This document shows positions 1-10,848 of a stretch of 56,222 bases of DNA, piece by piece. The position numbers and the translations under genes are program-made. Location of the stretch: positions 1 to 56,222 of the forward strand of contig DATMVF010000105.1 of assembly GCA_035563475.1 (NCBI GenBank). Reading direction: 5' to 3'. The DNA comes from Rubrobacter sp. GTDB taxonomy: Bacteria; Actinomycetota; Rubrobacteria; Rubrobacterales; Rubrobacteraceae. Every line of letters begins with the position of its first letter. Position 1 is the stretch's first letter. Below the pieces are notes generated by a model. That model did not search any database, was not told the DNA's origin, and worked only from the letters and a program-made list of their open reading frames with translations.

Positions 1-1
1 G

Positions 2-730
2 GACCATCACGGCCGACGCCTCGCCGATCAGGAACCCCGAGTGGTCGACATCGTAGGGCCTGCACGCCCCCTCGGGGTCGTCGTTGCGGCGGCTCATCGC
101 CCGCATGGCTATGAATCCGGCGACGATGACGGGTGCCAGGCCGGCCTCCGAGGCGCCGCAGAGCACTACGTCGGCGTCGCCGCGCCGGATCAGGTCGTAG
201 CCCAACCCCATCATGTCCGTGCCGCAGGTGCAGGCGAGCGCGCCGGTGATCGAGGGTCCCTGGACGCCGAGCTGTATGCCTACGTGGGCCGCGGCGGAGT
301 TGGGCATGATCTTGGTCACGGCGAAGGGGTTTACGCGGGAGGGTCCTTTGCTATCTATGGTCGCCTGGGTCGTCTCCATGCTGGTCACGCCCCCGATACC
401 GCTGCCGAGGATGAGGCCGACCCGTTCCGGGTTGTTATTGAGCACGTCCCAGGCGTCAGCATCTTCGAGGGCCAGCTTGGCCGAGGCGAGGCCCATCTGC
501 CCGAACCGGTCGGTCCTGGCCGCCACTTTGCGGTCCATAAAGCTCTCGGGGTCGAAGTCCGTACACTCGGCGGCGATGCGCACCTCGAAGCCCTCGGGAT
601 CGAAGAGCGTTATGGGGCCGGCCCCGCTCTCGTTGGCCAGGAGCGAGCTCCAGAGCTTCTTGCGCCCTACTCCTATGGGGGTGACCGCACCGATCCCCGT
701 TATGTAAGCCTCCGGGCGCCTGTCTGCCAT
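2..730 (-). CDS. fabF: beta-ketoacyl-ACP synthase II (partial, runs off the left edge)
   Basis: Not in the ORF track because it has no stop in the window. Manual minus-strand translation from ATG 730 gives MADRRPEAYITGIGAVTPIGVG...GPITLFDPEGFEVRIAAEC...VGLILGSGIGG...IMPNSAAAHVGIQLGVQGPSITGALACTCGTD...VVLCGASEA, which is the KAS II fold with the active-site Cys. Confidence 0.88.
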   Translation of the reverse strand, partial: MADRRPEAYITGIGAVTPIGVGRKKLWSSLLANESGAGPITLFDPEGFEVRIAAECTDFDPESFMDRKVAARTDRFGQMGLASAKLALEDADAWDVLNNNPERVGLILGSGIGGVTSMETTQATIDSKGPSRVNPFAVTKIMPNSAAAHVGIQLGVQGPSITGALACTCGTDMMGLGYDLIRRGDADVVLCGASEAGLAPVIVAGFIAMRAMSRRNDDPEGACRPYDVDHSGFLIGEASAVMV

Positions 731-842
731 CTCGCCCCCTAGCTGAATCCAAGATCCATCGAACTACGAATCTTAGCATTACACGCCTCCGGCGTAACTC
801 GCCCTGTGCTATAACCCTCACGATGAGTAGGCGGAGGGAGAA

Positions 843-1151
843 TTGATCTTCTACATCGCGATGGTCCTCTTTGTTGCGAACTTCGCGCTCGGCATACTCG
901 TGCAGTTTCGCATCGTGGATACGAAACCTTTCCGCTGGCTCCACCACGCCCTGTTTTTCGCGGTTTTCGCCTCCGCCGCCGTCGCGGTCGGCTTCGGTTT
1001 TTGGCAGGGCGCGCCCTACCGTTGGATCTTGTTGCCCGTCCTCGTTCTCTTCGCTTTCCTGCCGCGGGTACGGGCCGGAACGCCGGGGCACGCCGCGCTG
1101 GCCAGCGGGGCAATGATCCTCTACGTTACGGGATTCGTATGGATGCTTTAG
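843..1151 (+). CDS. small 4-TM membrane protein, unknown function
   Basis: Four hydrophobic segments; GGAGGGAG SD before the TTG start; first gene of an apparent four-gene operon. Confidence 0.7.
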   Translation: MIFYIAMVLFVANFALGILVQFRIVDTKPFRWLHHALFFAVFASAAVAVGFGFWQGAPYRWILLPVLVLFAFLPRVRAGTPGHAALASGAMILYVTGFVWML

Positions 1152-1161
1152 GAGGCTGAGA

Positions 1162-1965
1162 TTGGATTTCCTGGAGGTCCTCAAGGGACGCAAGACTACG
1201 AACGGCCCCTTCCTGCCGGATCCTGTTAAGCCCGAGCACCAGCGCCTGCTCGTCGAGGTCGCCGCCATGGCGCCTTCGCACTTCAACAGCCAGCCCTGGC
1301 GCTTCGTGCTGGTCGACGACCGCGAGACCATAGACGAGGTTGCGAGGATAAGCGGCGAGAGCATGACGCGCCTTCTGGAGGAGGGGACGTTCTGGAAGCG
1401 CTACAGGCCCTACTTCCGTTTTTCTGAGGCCGAGATGGAGGAGAAACGCGACGGCATCCACATTGACCAGATGCCGAGCGTCCTCAAGCCTTTCTCGCGC
1501 CAGATCTTCTCCAACACGGGCCAGGCCGTGATGAATCGCTTCGGCGTCCCAAGGACCCTGGGCGAGGACAACAGGAAGCTCGTCGCAGGCTCGCCACTCC
1601 TCCTGGCGGTCCTACTGGACAAGACGGAGTACCGTCCCGGCGAGCTCTCGGGTTTCTACTCCATCTTCGGGATGGGGGCCGCGGTCGAGAACATCTGGCT
1701 AACCACGACGGAGCTTGGCATGGGCATCCAGTTCGTCTCGACGCCCATGGAGATACCCGAGAACTGGGAGCGGCTGAAGCGGCTGCTGAAGGTTCCCGAC
1801 GACCTGGAACTGATGGCCGTCTACCGGCTCGGGTACGTCCCGGATGGGCAGCGAAGGCCGACGATCGACTGGTCGAGCCGCCAGCGCAAGCGTATCTCGC
1901 AGTATGTCTTCCGCGACACCTGCGAGAAGCCAGAGCCCGACTTCACACCGCAGGAAGAACGTTGA
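1162..1965 (+). CDS. nitroreductase-family FMN-dependent oxidoreductase
   Basis: RKTT...[33 protein letters not shown] and RLGY motifs; AGGAGG SD; carries an internal insertion of about 70 aa. Confidence 0.9.
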   Translation: MDFLEVLKGRKTTNGPFLPDPVKPEHQRLLVEVAAMAPSHFNSQPWRFVLVDDRETIDEVARISGESMTRLLEEGTFWKRYRPYFRFSEAEMEEKRDGIHIDQMPSVLKPFSRQIFSNTGQAVMNRFGVPRTLGEDNRKLVAGSPLLLAVLLDKTEYRPGELSGFYSIFGMGAAVENIWLTTTELGMGIQFVSTPMEIPENWERLKRLLKVPDDLELMAVYRLGYVPDGQRRPTIDWSSRQRKRISQYVFRDTCEKPEPDFTPQEER

Positions 1966-3008
1966 CGGTACCCAGGATCCTCTCCGTCGCCAGCGCCCTG
2001 CCGCCCCACCGGGTCGGGCAAGAGGAAGCGAAGACGTTCGCCAGGGGCATGTTCTCGCACGGGCGCGGTAACATCGAGCGGCTGCTCCCGATCTTCGACA
2101 ACGTCAACATAGAGAACCGCTACTTCTGCGTACCCGCAGAGTGGTTCGAGCGAGACCACTCCTTCCCCGAGAAGAACGCCCTCTACGTCGAGCACGCCCT
2201 GGATCTCTCCGAGAAGGCCGCGAGACGGGCCCTGGACAGGGTTGGGGCGCGGCCTGGTGAGGTCTGTGCGATCTACTTCGTCTCGACGACCGGGGTCTCG
2301 ACGCCTTCCATCGACTCGAAGCTGCTCTTCCGCCTCGGCCTCTCGGAGCACACGCGGCGCGTCCCGATCTGGGGTCTCGGCTGCTCGGCGGGGGCGGCCG
2401 GGCTCGCGCGCGCCGCCGAACACGCCCGCCTCTATCCCGACCAACTGGTCCTCCTCGTCGCCGTCGAGCTCTGTGGCCTGACCTTCCAGCGGGGCGACCG
2501 CTCAAAGAGCAACCTTATCTCCACGAGCCTCTTCGCCGACGGCGCCGCCGCCGTGCTGATCGGAGGCGCCACGGGCCCCGAGTTACTCGGTGGTTACAGC
2601 ACCACCTGGCCAGGTACCGAGGACGTTATGGGCTGGGATCTCGTCGAGACGGGCCTGAAAGTGCAGCTCTCCAAGAGCATCCCGAACATAGTGCGCGAGA
2701 AGTTCCGCGACAACCTGGAGGAGGCCTGTAATTCTCTGGGCCTCGACTTCGACGAGCTCGAACATTTCGTGCTCCATCCCGGCGGCTCCAAAGTCCTCGA
2801 CGCCTTCGAAGAGGCGCTCGGACTGCAAGCAGGCGAGCTCGCCACGAGCCGGGACGTGCTACGCGACTGCGGCAATTTGTCGAGCGTCACAGTACTCTTT
2901 ATCCTGGAACGTTTTCTCGAGAGCGGCGGGCTAGCGAAAGGTGACCTTGGTGTGCTCTCGGCCATGGGTCCCGGATTCTCCGCGGAACATGTCTTTTTCA
3001 GATGCTGA
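1962..3008 (+). CDS. type III polyketide synthase (SrsA/BpsA-like, alkylresorcinol/alkylpyrone type)
   Basis: Catalytic triad contexts GLGCSAG, LHPGG and GNLSS; also LFADGAAA and MGPGFSAE; 4-nt overlap with the nitroreductase. Confidence 0.95.
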   Translation: MTVPRILSVASALPPHRVGQEEAKTFARGMFSHGRGNIERLLPIFDNVNIENRYFCVPAEWFERDHSFPEKNALYVEHALDLSEKAARRALDRVGARPGEVCAIYFVSTTGVSTPSIDSKLLFRLGLSEHTRRVPIWGLGCSAGAAGLARAAEHARLYPDQLVLLVAVELCGLTFQRGDRSKSNLISTSLFADGAAAVLIGGATGPELLGGYSTTWPGTEDVMGWDLVETGLKVQLSKSIPNIVREKFRDNLEEACNSLGLDFDELEHFVLHPGGSKVLDAFEEALGLQAGELATSRDVLRDCGNLSSVTVLFILERFLESGGLAKGDLGVLSAMGPGFSAEHVFFRC

Positions 3009-3030
3009 CGGCCGAGGGCCGTCAGCATCT
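3000..3030. repeat. perfect 14-bp hairpin overlapping the PKS stop codon
   Basis: agatgctgacggcc-gag-ggccgtcagcatct; contains the GCTGAC/GTCAGC core of the dispersed repeat family. Confidence 0.75.
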
Positions 3031-3035
3031 GGGGC

Positions 3036-3062
3036 GTCAGGTTTCAGGCTACGGGCTTCAGG
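3036..3062. repeat. 7-nt tandem array, single arm
   Basis: gtcagg tttcagg ctacggg cttcagg. Confidence 0.55.
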
Positions 3063-3086
3063 TCTTTGTGGTGGGCGGAGGATTTG

Positions 3087-3602
3087 TTGAACGTCGTGTT
3101 GTTGGTCATGGGGGTGATGCTCGTTGGGGTTCAGCGCATCCTGGAGCTCGCTCTCTCGCGGCGGAACGAGCGGAGGCTTCGGGCTCGTGGCGCTGTCGAG
3201 CGGGGGAGCGGTCACTATCCCGTGATAGTCGCAATACATACTCTGTGGCTGGTCTCGACGCTCGTCGAGGGGCTTCTGCGCGGGCCGGAGCCACCTGCGT
3301 GGTGGCCAGTGCCGCTGGTGGCGTTCCTGCTCGTCCAGCCGTTGCGGTTCTGGGCGATCCTGTCTCTGGGGGAGAACTGGAACACGAGGGTACTCGTCGT
3401 GCCGGGTGGAAAACTCGTGAGGAGGGGGCCATACCGCTACTTCCCCCATCCCAACTACGTCGTCGTAGCCGTAGAGGTCCTGACCTTCCCGCTAATCTTC
3501 GGCGCCTGGATAACGGCGATCGTCTTCTCTCTACTGAACGCCGCCCTGCTCTACGTACGCATAAAGACGGAGAACCGGGCGCTGGGGGAGCTGGCAGGAT
3601 AA
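3087..3602 (+). CDS. isoprenylcysteine carboxyl methyltransferase-family O-methyltransferase (SrsB/BpsB-like)
   Basis: QRILELALSRRN, LGENWNTRV, GPYRYFPHPNY and RIKTEN motifs; GGAGG SD at 3077 favours a TTG start near 3087; the usual partner of a type III PKS. Confidence 0.9.
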   Translation: MNVVLLVMGVMLVGVQRILELALSRRNERRLRARGAVERGSGHYPVIVAIHTLWLVSTLVEGLLRGPEPPAWWPVPLVAFLLVQPLRFWAILSLGENWNTRVLVVPGGKLVRRGPYRYFPHPNYVVVAVEVLTFPLIFGAWITAIVFSLLNAALLYVRIKTENRALGELAG

Positions 3603-3606
3603 TATA

Positions 3607-3820
3607 AAGCTGGTCAGCAAGTCAGCACGCCGCCCGGCTTCGCCGGACGGCTTGTCAGCTAGTCAGCCTCGCTGTGGATAGCGACGGGAAAGTGCTCTGG
3701 AGAAGCGTTGTCTAGGGAGGGTTGGTCCGCAGCCGCGCACGGGTGACGAACCGAGATGCTGACAAGCTGAAATGCTGACGAGCGAAGGCCGCAAGGCCTG
3801 AGCGTGCTGAAATGCTAAGC
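3607..3820. repeat. octamer-array palindromic element, copy A
   Basis: Left arm of (N)NNTCAGC units with hairpin gccgcccggcttcgccggacggc; ~90-nt core; right arm of NGCTGANN units with hairpin aggccgcaaggcct. Confidence 0.8.
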
Positions 3821-3838
3821 CGACCGTAGGGAGGCACA

Positions 3839-5107
3839 ATGCTAGATCTCAAATTTATCCGCGAGAACGCGAAAGCAGTAGAGGAGAACACGAAAAACCG
3901 AGGAGTCGAGGCCGACGTGGGCCTGGTCGTGGAGCTGGCCGACCGGCGCTCGGAGCTCATTCAGGAGTCGAACGAGCTCAAGCACCGCCAGAACGAGATG
4001 GCCAGGAGCATCGGCAGGGAGCGCGACGAGGAGATCCGGACGAAACTCATCGAGGAGTCGCGGGCCATGAAAGATAGGTTGCCGTCCAAAGAAAGGGAGC
4101 TGCACGAGGTCGAGGAGCGGCTTAGGGACGAGCAGTCGAAGATCCCGAACATGACGCATCCCGACTCGCCCATCGGCAAGGACGACACAGAGAACGTCGA
4201 GATCCGGCGTTGGGGTGAGATCCCCGACTTCCCCTTCGAGCCGAAGGACCACGTCGAGCTAGGCGAAAGTCTCGGCATCATCGACTTCGACGCTGGGGCG
4301 AAGACCACGGGGACCAAGTTCTACTTTCTGCGCGGCGACGCCGTGCTATTGGAGCTGGGTCTGATCCGCTACTCGATGGACATCATTATGGAGCACGGGT
4401 ACCAGCCGACCATTACGCCTGACCTGGCAAGGGATCGGATGCTGGTGGGGACAGGATTTGTGCCGCGGGGACCTGAGACCCAGATCTACTCCGTTGAAGA
4501 CACGGACCTTTCCATGATCGCCACCGCGGAGATCCCGCTCGCAGGCCAGCATGCCGACGAGATAATCGATGAGGGAGACCTCCCCCTGCGCTACGCGGGC
4601 CTGTCCCACTGCTTCCGTACCGAGGCGGGTTCCCACGGCCGCGCCAGCCGAGGCCTCTACAGGGTCCACCAGTTCACCAAGGTCGAGATGTTCGCGTTCA
4701 CCACGCCGGAGCAGTCGGAGGACGTGCACGAGGAGATGGTCGGGATAGAGGAACGAATCTTCCAGGGTCTCGGCCTGCCCTACCGCGTGGTCGACATCTG
4801 CACCGGCGACCTCGGCGGCGCCGCCTACCGCAAATACGACCTGGAGGCCTGGATGCCCGGCCGCAACGATTTCGGCGAGGTGACGAGCACCTCGAACACA
4901 ACGGACTACCAGGCCCGCAGACTGGCCATCCGCTACCGCAAGGAAGGCGGAAGGCCCCAGCTTCTTCACACCCTCAACGGCACGGCCGTCGCCATGAGCC
5001 GGGCCCTGGTCTCCCTACTCGAGATCTACCAGCAACAGGACGGCTCCGTGATCCTACCCGAGGTCCTCGTTCACTACGTAGGCAAGGCACGCCTGACTCC
5101 CGCATGA
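3839..5107 (+). CDS. serS: serine--tRNA ligase
   Basis: MLDLKFIREN N-terminal coiled coil; TAEIP, CFRTEAG, GLYRVHQFTKVEMF, YDLEAWMP, SNTTDYQARR and HTLNGT motifs. Confidence 0.97.
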   Translation: MLDLKFIRENAKAVEENTKNRGVEADVGLVVELADRRSELIQESNELKHRQNEMARSIGRERDEEIRTKLIEESRAMKDRLPSKERELHEVEERLRDEQSKIPNMTHPDSPIGKDDTENVEIRRWGEIPDFPFEPKDHVELGESLGIIDFDAGAKTTGTKFYFLRGDAVLLELGLIRYSMDIIMEHGYQPTITPDLARDRMLVGTGFVPRGPETQIYSVEDTDLSMIATAEIPLAGQHADEIIDEGDLPLRYAGLSHCFRTEAGSHGRASRGLYRVHQFTKVEMFAFTTPEQSEDVHEEMVGIEERIFQGLGLPYRVVDICTGDLGGAAYRKYDLEAWMPGRNDFGEVTSTSNTTDYQARRLAIRYRKEGGRPQLLHTLNGTAVAMSRALVSLLEIYQQQDGSVILPEVLVHYVGKARLTPA

Positions 5108-5240
5108 CCCTCACAGCATCCTGTTGTCGGCGACGCTCTTGGGCTACGTGTTCTTCCAAAACTTCACCCACCGTCAGGCGGCGATCCGCACAGGTATCGT
5201 CCCACCCCGAATCGCCATTTCAGCTATAGGCGAAAACAAC

Positions 5241-5309
5241 AAGCTGTTAAGCTGACGTGCTGACGAGCGAAGCCCGAAGGGCTCAGCGTGCTGACTAGCT
5301 GAAATGCTT
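5241..5309. repeat. octamer-array element, right arm, copy B
   Basis: aagctgacgtgctgacga-gcgaagcccgaagggctcagc-gtgctgactagctgaaatgctt directly upstream of the proS SD. Confidence 0.75.
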
Positions 5310-5327
5310 ACAGAGAGGAGTGTCGGG

Positions 5328-6758
5328 ATGACAGAAGCGGTCGAGAAGCTGGTCAAGAAGAGCGAGGACCCGAGCAGGTGGTATCTGCAACTCGTGCGCA
5401 TGGCCAAGCTCGCCGACTACGGGCCCGTGCGGGGGACGTTCGCGATCAGACCCTACGGGTTCGAGATCTGGGAGCGCGTCCAGCGCGACCTCGACGACCG
5501 CTTCAAGGCCACGGGTCACAGGAACGCCTACTTCCCGCTGCTCATCCCCGAGAGCTACCTCAAGAAGGAGGCCGAGCACCTCGAGGGCTTCGACCCCGAG
5601 CTCGCGTGGGTAACCATAGGAGGCAGAGAAGAGCTGGAGGAGCGGCTTGCGATCCGGCCCACCTCAGAGAGCATCATCTGCGATTTCTACAGGAACTGGA
5701 TCCAGAGCTACCGCGACCTGCCCATCCTTATAAACCAGTGGTGCAACGTCCTGCGCTGGGAGAAGGTAACCCGACCGTTCCTCAGGTCCGCGGAGTTCCT
5801 GTGGCAGGAGGGCCATACCGTCCACGCGACGGCGGAGGGGGCGCGCGAGGAGAGCTTGCGGATGCTCGGCGTCTACCGCGATTGCTTCTACGAGGCCATG
5901 GCCATTCCCGTACTCACGGGCGCCAAGAGCCCATCCGAGCGCTTCGCCGGAGCCGTGGAGACCTACACCTGCGAGGGTTTGATGGGTGACGGACGCGCGC
6001 TGCAGGCAGCGACCAGCCACGACCTCGGGCAGAACTTCGCCCGCGCCTTCGACATCACCTTCCTCGACGAGAATCAGGACAGGGTCTATCCGTACCAGAC
6101 TTCGTGGGGATTTTCGACTCGGACGATAGGCGGTTTGATCCTGGTGCATGGTGACGACAGGGGCCTCAGGTTGCCGCCGAGGATCGCGCCGACACAGGCC
6201 GTCATCGTCCCGATCTGGCGCGGAAAGAACAAGGGAGAGGTGCGCCGCGAGGCCGAGGCTCTGCATACACAACTGAAAGACTTCGGCATCAGGATGGAAG
6301 TCGACCTCGACGAAGAGCACTCGCCGGGTTGGAAGTTCAACGAGCACGAGCTCAGGGGCGTGCCCGTGCGGGTGGAACTCGGACCCAGGGACATCGAGAA
6401 GGAGCAGGCCGTCCTCGTCCGGCGCGATACAGGGGAGAAGGAGTTCGTGGGCAGAAAGGTATTGCCCGAGCGGCTGAAGGCGCTATTGGGCGAGATCCAG
6501 GCGAATATGCTGCGGCAGGCGACGGAGTTTCGCGACGCGAACACCCGCAGGGCCGAAAGCTACGAGGAGTTCGAGGAGATCATCGCCAGAGATCGTGGTT
6601 TCGTCGTCGCCCCCTGGGACGGCATGAAGGAGACCGAGCAGAAGATCAAGGAAGATACGAGGGCCACGATCCGGCTCCTGCCCTTCGAGCGGGAGGAGGG
6701 GAAGGACCTCGTCTCTGGAAGGCCGGGCCGCACCGCCATCTTCGCCCGTGCGTACTGA
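5328..6758 (+). CDS. proS: proline--tRNA ligase, archaeal/eukaryotic type (no insertion editing domain)
   Basis: AIRPTSE, INQWCNVLRWE, FLWQEGHT, SWGFSTR and HGDDRGL motifs; C-terminal FARAY; GAGGAG SD before ATG 5328. Confidence 0.97.
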   Translation: MTEAVEKLVKKSEDPSRWYLQLVRMAKLADYGPVRGTFAIRPYGFEIWERVQRDLDDRFKATGHRNAYFPLLIPESYLKKEAEHLEGFDPELAWVTIGGREELEERLAIRPTSESIICDFYRNWIQSYRDLPILINQWCNVLRWEKVTRPFLRSAEFLWQEGHTVHATAEGAREESLRMLGVYRDCFYEAMAIPVLTGAKSPSERFAGAVETYTCEGLMGDGRALQAATSHDLGQNFARAFDITFLDENQDRVYPYQTSWGFSTRTIGGLILVHGDDRGLRLPPRIAPTQAVIVPIWRGKNKGEVRREAEALHTQLKDFGIRMEVDLDEEHSPGWKFNEHELRGVPVRVELGPRDIEKEQAVLVRRDTGEKEFVGRKVLPERLKALLGEIQANMLRQATEFRDANTRRAESYEEFEEIIARDRGFVVAPWDGMKETEQKIKEDTRATIRLLPFEREEGKDLVSGRPGRTAIFARAY

Positions 6759-6962
6759 CAGCATTTCAGCACGCCGCCCGGCTGCGCCAGGCGGCTTGTC
6801 AGCATTTCAGCCAGTCAGCTAGGTGGAGTGTACTGGGACGCTCGTGCGCCCGAGATAATGCCCGAGGAGCATTTACTCCAAGAGAGTCTGCTTTCGACTA
6901 CAAGACCTGAAGTGCTGACAAGCGGAGGCGAAGCCGGTGCGGGCTGAAATGCTGAATTGCTT
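6759..6962. repeat. octamer-array palindromic element, copy C
   Basis: Starts immediately after the proS TGA; cagcatttcagc and gctgaaatgctg are exact reverse complements; hairpin module nearly identical to copy A; ~88-nt core. Confidence 0.8.
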
Positions 6963-6996
6963 GCCGTGCGTAAGGCTCAAGAGCCTTACGCACGGC
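6963..6996. terminator. perfect hairpin, probable terminator after proS
   Basis: gccgtgcgtaaggctc-aa-gagccttacgcacggc; no U-tract. Confidence 0.6.
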
Positions 6997-7002
6997 GACA
7001 CG

Positions 7003-7031
7003 TTGACTCCAGGATCTAGAGCGGTTAGCAT
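7003..7031 (+). promoter_or_regulatory. sigma70-type promoter for the gene at 7095
   Basis: TTGACT-17 nt-TAGCAT. Confidence 0.55.
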
Positions 7032-7094
7032 TTGCGCATTAAGTGACATAACGTAGGTGCCAGACTCTAGGGCGCCTGCCTGGAGGGGGTCTCC

Positions 7095-8075
7095 GTGCGG
7101 TCTTCCGTGCTATGCGCAGCGAAGTGGTGTCTGTCGTCTGTCAGGGATAGGGATGGCTGGCGAGCGCCTCTTGGGCTTCTCGCGCTGTTGCCTGTTCTAA
7201 TCCTGCTGGCCGGAGATCACATCGCCGTCGAGGCCGAGGTGTACTCCGCGTACTCGGATCCCAAGAAGCCCGTCATCGCCGTCATCCTCTCCGAGCGGCA
7301 GAACGTCGATGAGTTCAAAGCCCATTTCGGTCTCACAGGCGGGCAGGTCGACGCCGTCCTCGCCGCGACCCGCCTCGAGAATCGGATCCTGGCACAGGAG
7401 TATGGGGAGAGCGAGCGGGTACTCGCCGCGAACAAAGGGCTTCCCAAAAGAGAGCTTGCGAAAAAGATCGTCGCCTCCGACTACGACGAGAAGGTAGCAG
7501 CGGCCGTGGCAGGGACGAAGAAGAAGATCGAGGCCATCGTGCCCGAGGATCAGAGCGCCGACCTCGAGGGTTGGGTGGACGAGCAGTGGAACCAGGAAGT
7601 TCAGGCCGCTTCCACGGAAGACTACGCTGCCACCTCCGAGTCCTACATGGTCTCCAGTCTCAGTAAAGGCGTACGGTGCAAAGTCTTCGCCACGCAGTAC
7701 ATCGGGTACACCGAGCGCGAGGTTGCCCTGCCGCATCGCAACCTCAAGCTCGGCCGCCAGCCGAGGGTTCGCATCTGGCGCGTCAGCGGCGGGCCCAGCG
7801 TGGGGCCGAGGGTCAAGGAGGTAGGACCCTGGAACACCTACGATAATTACTGGGTGCGGAACGAGGACCGAACGATGTACGAACGCGTACCGCGCTGCAA
7901 GCCACAGGCGCAGGTCGCCTACTACCAGAACTTCAACAAGGGTAAGGACGAGTTTGGCAGGAAAGTCCTCAACCCCGCCGGAGTAGACCTGACACCGGAT
8001 GTCGCACGTAGCATGGGCCTGAAGAAATACCAGAATGCCTGGGTGTGGGTACGCTTTCCCTGGGTCCACAGGTAG
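7095..8075 (+). CDS. exported protein with a C-terminal RlpA/double-psi-beta-barrel-like domain
   Basis: N-terminal hydrophobic segment LGLLALLPVLILLAG; C-terminal VALP...VKEVGPWN...NPAGVDLTPDVARSMG resembles DPBB-type cell-wall proteins; GGAGGGGG SD. Confidence 0.6.
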   Translation: MRSSVLCAAKWCLSSVRDRDGWRAPLGLLALLPVLILLAGDHIAVEAEVYSAYSDPKKPVIAVILSERQNVDEFKAHFGLTGGQVDAVLAATRLENRILAQEYGESERVLAANKGLPKRELAKKIVASDYDEKVAAAVAGTKKKIEAIVPEDQSADLEGWVDEQWNQEVQAASTEDYAATSESYMVSSLSKGVRCKVFATQYIGYTEREVALPHRNLKLGRQPRVRIWRVSGGPSVGPRVKEVGPWNTYDNYWVRNEDRTMYERVPRCKPQAQVAYYQNFNKGKDEFGRKVLNPAGVDLTPDVARSMGLKKYQNAWVWVRFPWVHR

Positions 8076-8112
8076 GAAAGACCCTTACCTTTCTCCTGAA
8101 GGCGCGACTTGC

Positions 8113-8142
8113 TTGACGAGGCGCACCCCTGTGTTTTAGCAT
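8113..8142 (+). promoter_or_regulatory. sigma70-type promoter of the met operon
   Basis: TTGACG-18 nt-TAGCAT just upstream of the riboswitch. Confidence 0.55.
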
Positions 8143-8157
8143 CAACACCTAGCGCGA

Positions 8158-8284
8158 ACCCGCATCGAGAGCGGCGGAGGGAACTGGCCCCGAGAAACCG
8201 CGGCAACCCACGGGGAGCTGTGAGCTACTCCCGCAAGGTGCCAAGTCCAGCAGGACGGTCATTACCATCCTGGAAGATGTGGGG
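8158..8284 (+). ncRNA. SAM-I (S-box) riboswitch
   Basis: P1 cccgcATC...GATgtggg; conserved ATCGAGAG, GGAGGGA-CTGGCCC, GGCAACC, GGTGCCAA-TCC and CAG...CTG elements; lies upstream of metX; downstream hairpin gcctct...agaggc at about 8297-8327. Confidence 0.93.
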
Positions 8285-8368
8285 AGAGGTGGGCAGCCTC
8301 TTCTACGAGCGGGTTGCGCGAGAGGCGTAGAACCCGATCTATAGAAGGAGGCCGCATTACTACCGAGT

Positions 8369-9493
8369 ATGACACTAGAGCCGAGGGCCGGAGCTAGCCA
8401 GGCCCCGGCCCTACGATCCCACCGGATAGGCTCCTTCCAGCCCGAACTCGGCGGAAGCCTGCGGGACGTCGCCCTTGCCTATGAGACCTGGGGCGAACTC
8501 AACGAAGCCGCCGACAACGCCGTACTGCTCGTCCACGCCCTGACAGGAGACTCGCACGCCGCGGGAGGGCCCTCCGAAGGGTACAGGCGTGGCGGTTGGT
8601 GGGACCCGATGGTCGGGCCAGGTCTGCCCCTAGACACCGAAAAATACTTCGTCGTCTGCTCGAACGTCATAGGAGGATGCTCGGGCAGCACCGGTCCGGC
8701 CTCCATAGAACCAGGGACGCGGCGACCCTACGGGATGCGCTTTCCCAGTGTCACGATCAGGGACATGGTCAGGGTACAGAGGCGCTTGCTCGACTCCCTC
8801 GGCGTACGGCGGCTGGCCCTCGTCGCCGGCGGTTCCATCGGAGGTCAGCAGGCGCTGGAGTGGGCCGTGGAGTACCCCGATTTCGTGGAGAAAGCCATAC
8901 CCGTGGCGGCCACGGGCGCTCTCGGGCCGCAGGGGATAGGGATGAGCGAGATCGGACGCCGCGCTATCATGGCCGACCCTGACTGGCAAGATGGCGACTA
9001 CTACGGCACGGGAAGGACGCCCGATAGGGGGCTCGCCATCGCCAGGATGGCTGGGATGATGACCTACCAGAGCGCCGCCGGGCAGTGGGAGAGGTTCGGC
9101 CGGAGGCCCGCCGGGCGTCCCGCGCTCTACCCCGAGTTCGGTGGGAGGTTCGAGATGGAGAGCTACCTACACTACCAGGGCAGGGAGCTCACCGGCCGCT
9201 TCGACGCCAACTCATACCTCTACCTCTCCAGGGCGATGGACCTCTACGACGTGGCAAGCGGCTACGAGTCCGAGGAAGAAGCCTACTCGCGCATCCGGGC
9301 CGAGGTGCTCTTCGTCGGGATCACGAGCGACTGGCTCTTCCCCGCCGCCGAAGTACGAGGCGCCAAAGAGAAAGCGAAAATGGCCGGCGCCGAGGCACAC
9401 TACGCCGAGATAGATACCCTGAGCGGACACGACGCCTTCCTGAAGGACTGGAAAGAACTCGAAGAAGCGATACAACCATTCCTAGCCAAATAA
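8369..9493 (+). CDS. metX: homoserine O-acyltransferase (MetX family)
   Basis: HALTGD, GWWDPMVGPG, NVIGGCSGSTGP, GGSIGG, RFDANSY and GHDAFL motifs. Confidence 0.95.
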   Translation: MTLEPRAGASQAPALRSHRIGSFQPELGGSLRDVALAYETWGELNEAADNAVLLVHALTGDSHAAGGPSEGYRRGGWWDPMVGPGLPLDTEKYFVVCSNVIGGCSGSTGPASIEPGTRRPYGMRFPSVTIRDMVRVQRRLLDSLGVRRLALVAGGSIGGQQALEWAVEYPDFVEKAIPVAATGALGPQGIGMSEIGRRAIMADPDWQDGDYYGTGRTPDRGLAIARMAGMMTYQSAAGQWERFGRRPAGRPALYPEFGGRFEMESYLHYQGRELTGRFDANSYLYLSRAMDLYDVASGYESEEEAYSRIRAEVLFVGITSDWLFPAAEVRGAKEKAKMAGAEAHYAEIDTLSGHDAFLKDWKELEEAIQPFLAK

Positions 9494-10844
<1,351 letters not shown>

Positions 10845-10848
10845 CCTT

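Noticed and set aside
41-742. Plus-strand ORFs 41-742 and 213-707
   Set aside because: They are antisense to fabF, which the ORF track missed because it runs off the window.
3715-3740. T-box riboswitch upstream of serS (gagggttggtccgc)
   Set aside because: Poor match to AGGGTGGNACCGCG; no recognisable stem I or specifier loop; it lies inside a repeat core. None was found before proS either.
3607-3820. Repeat elements as a CRISPR array
   Set aside because: The units are 7-8 nt, inverted and dispersed; there are no identical 25-40-nt direct repeats with regular spacers and no cas genes.
7030-7094. c-di-AMP riboswitch ahead of the putative cell-wall protein
   Set aside because: The leader is too short and lacks the ydaO consensus elements.
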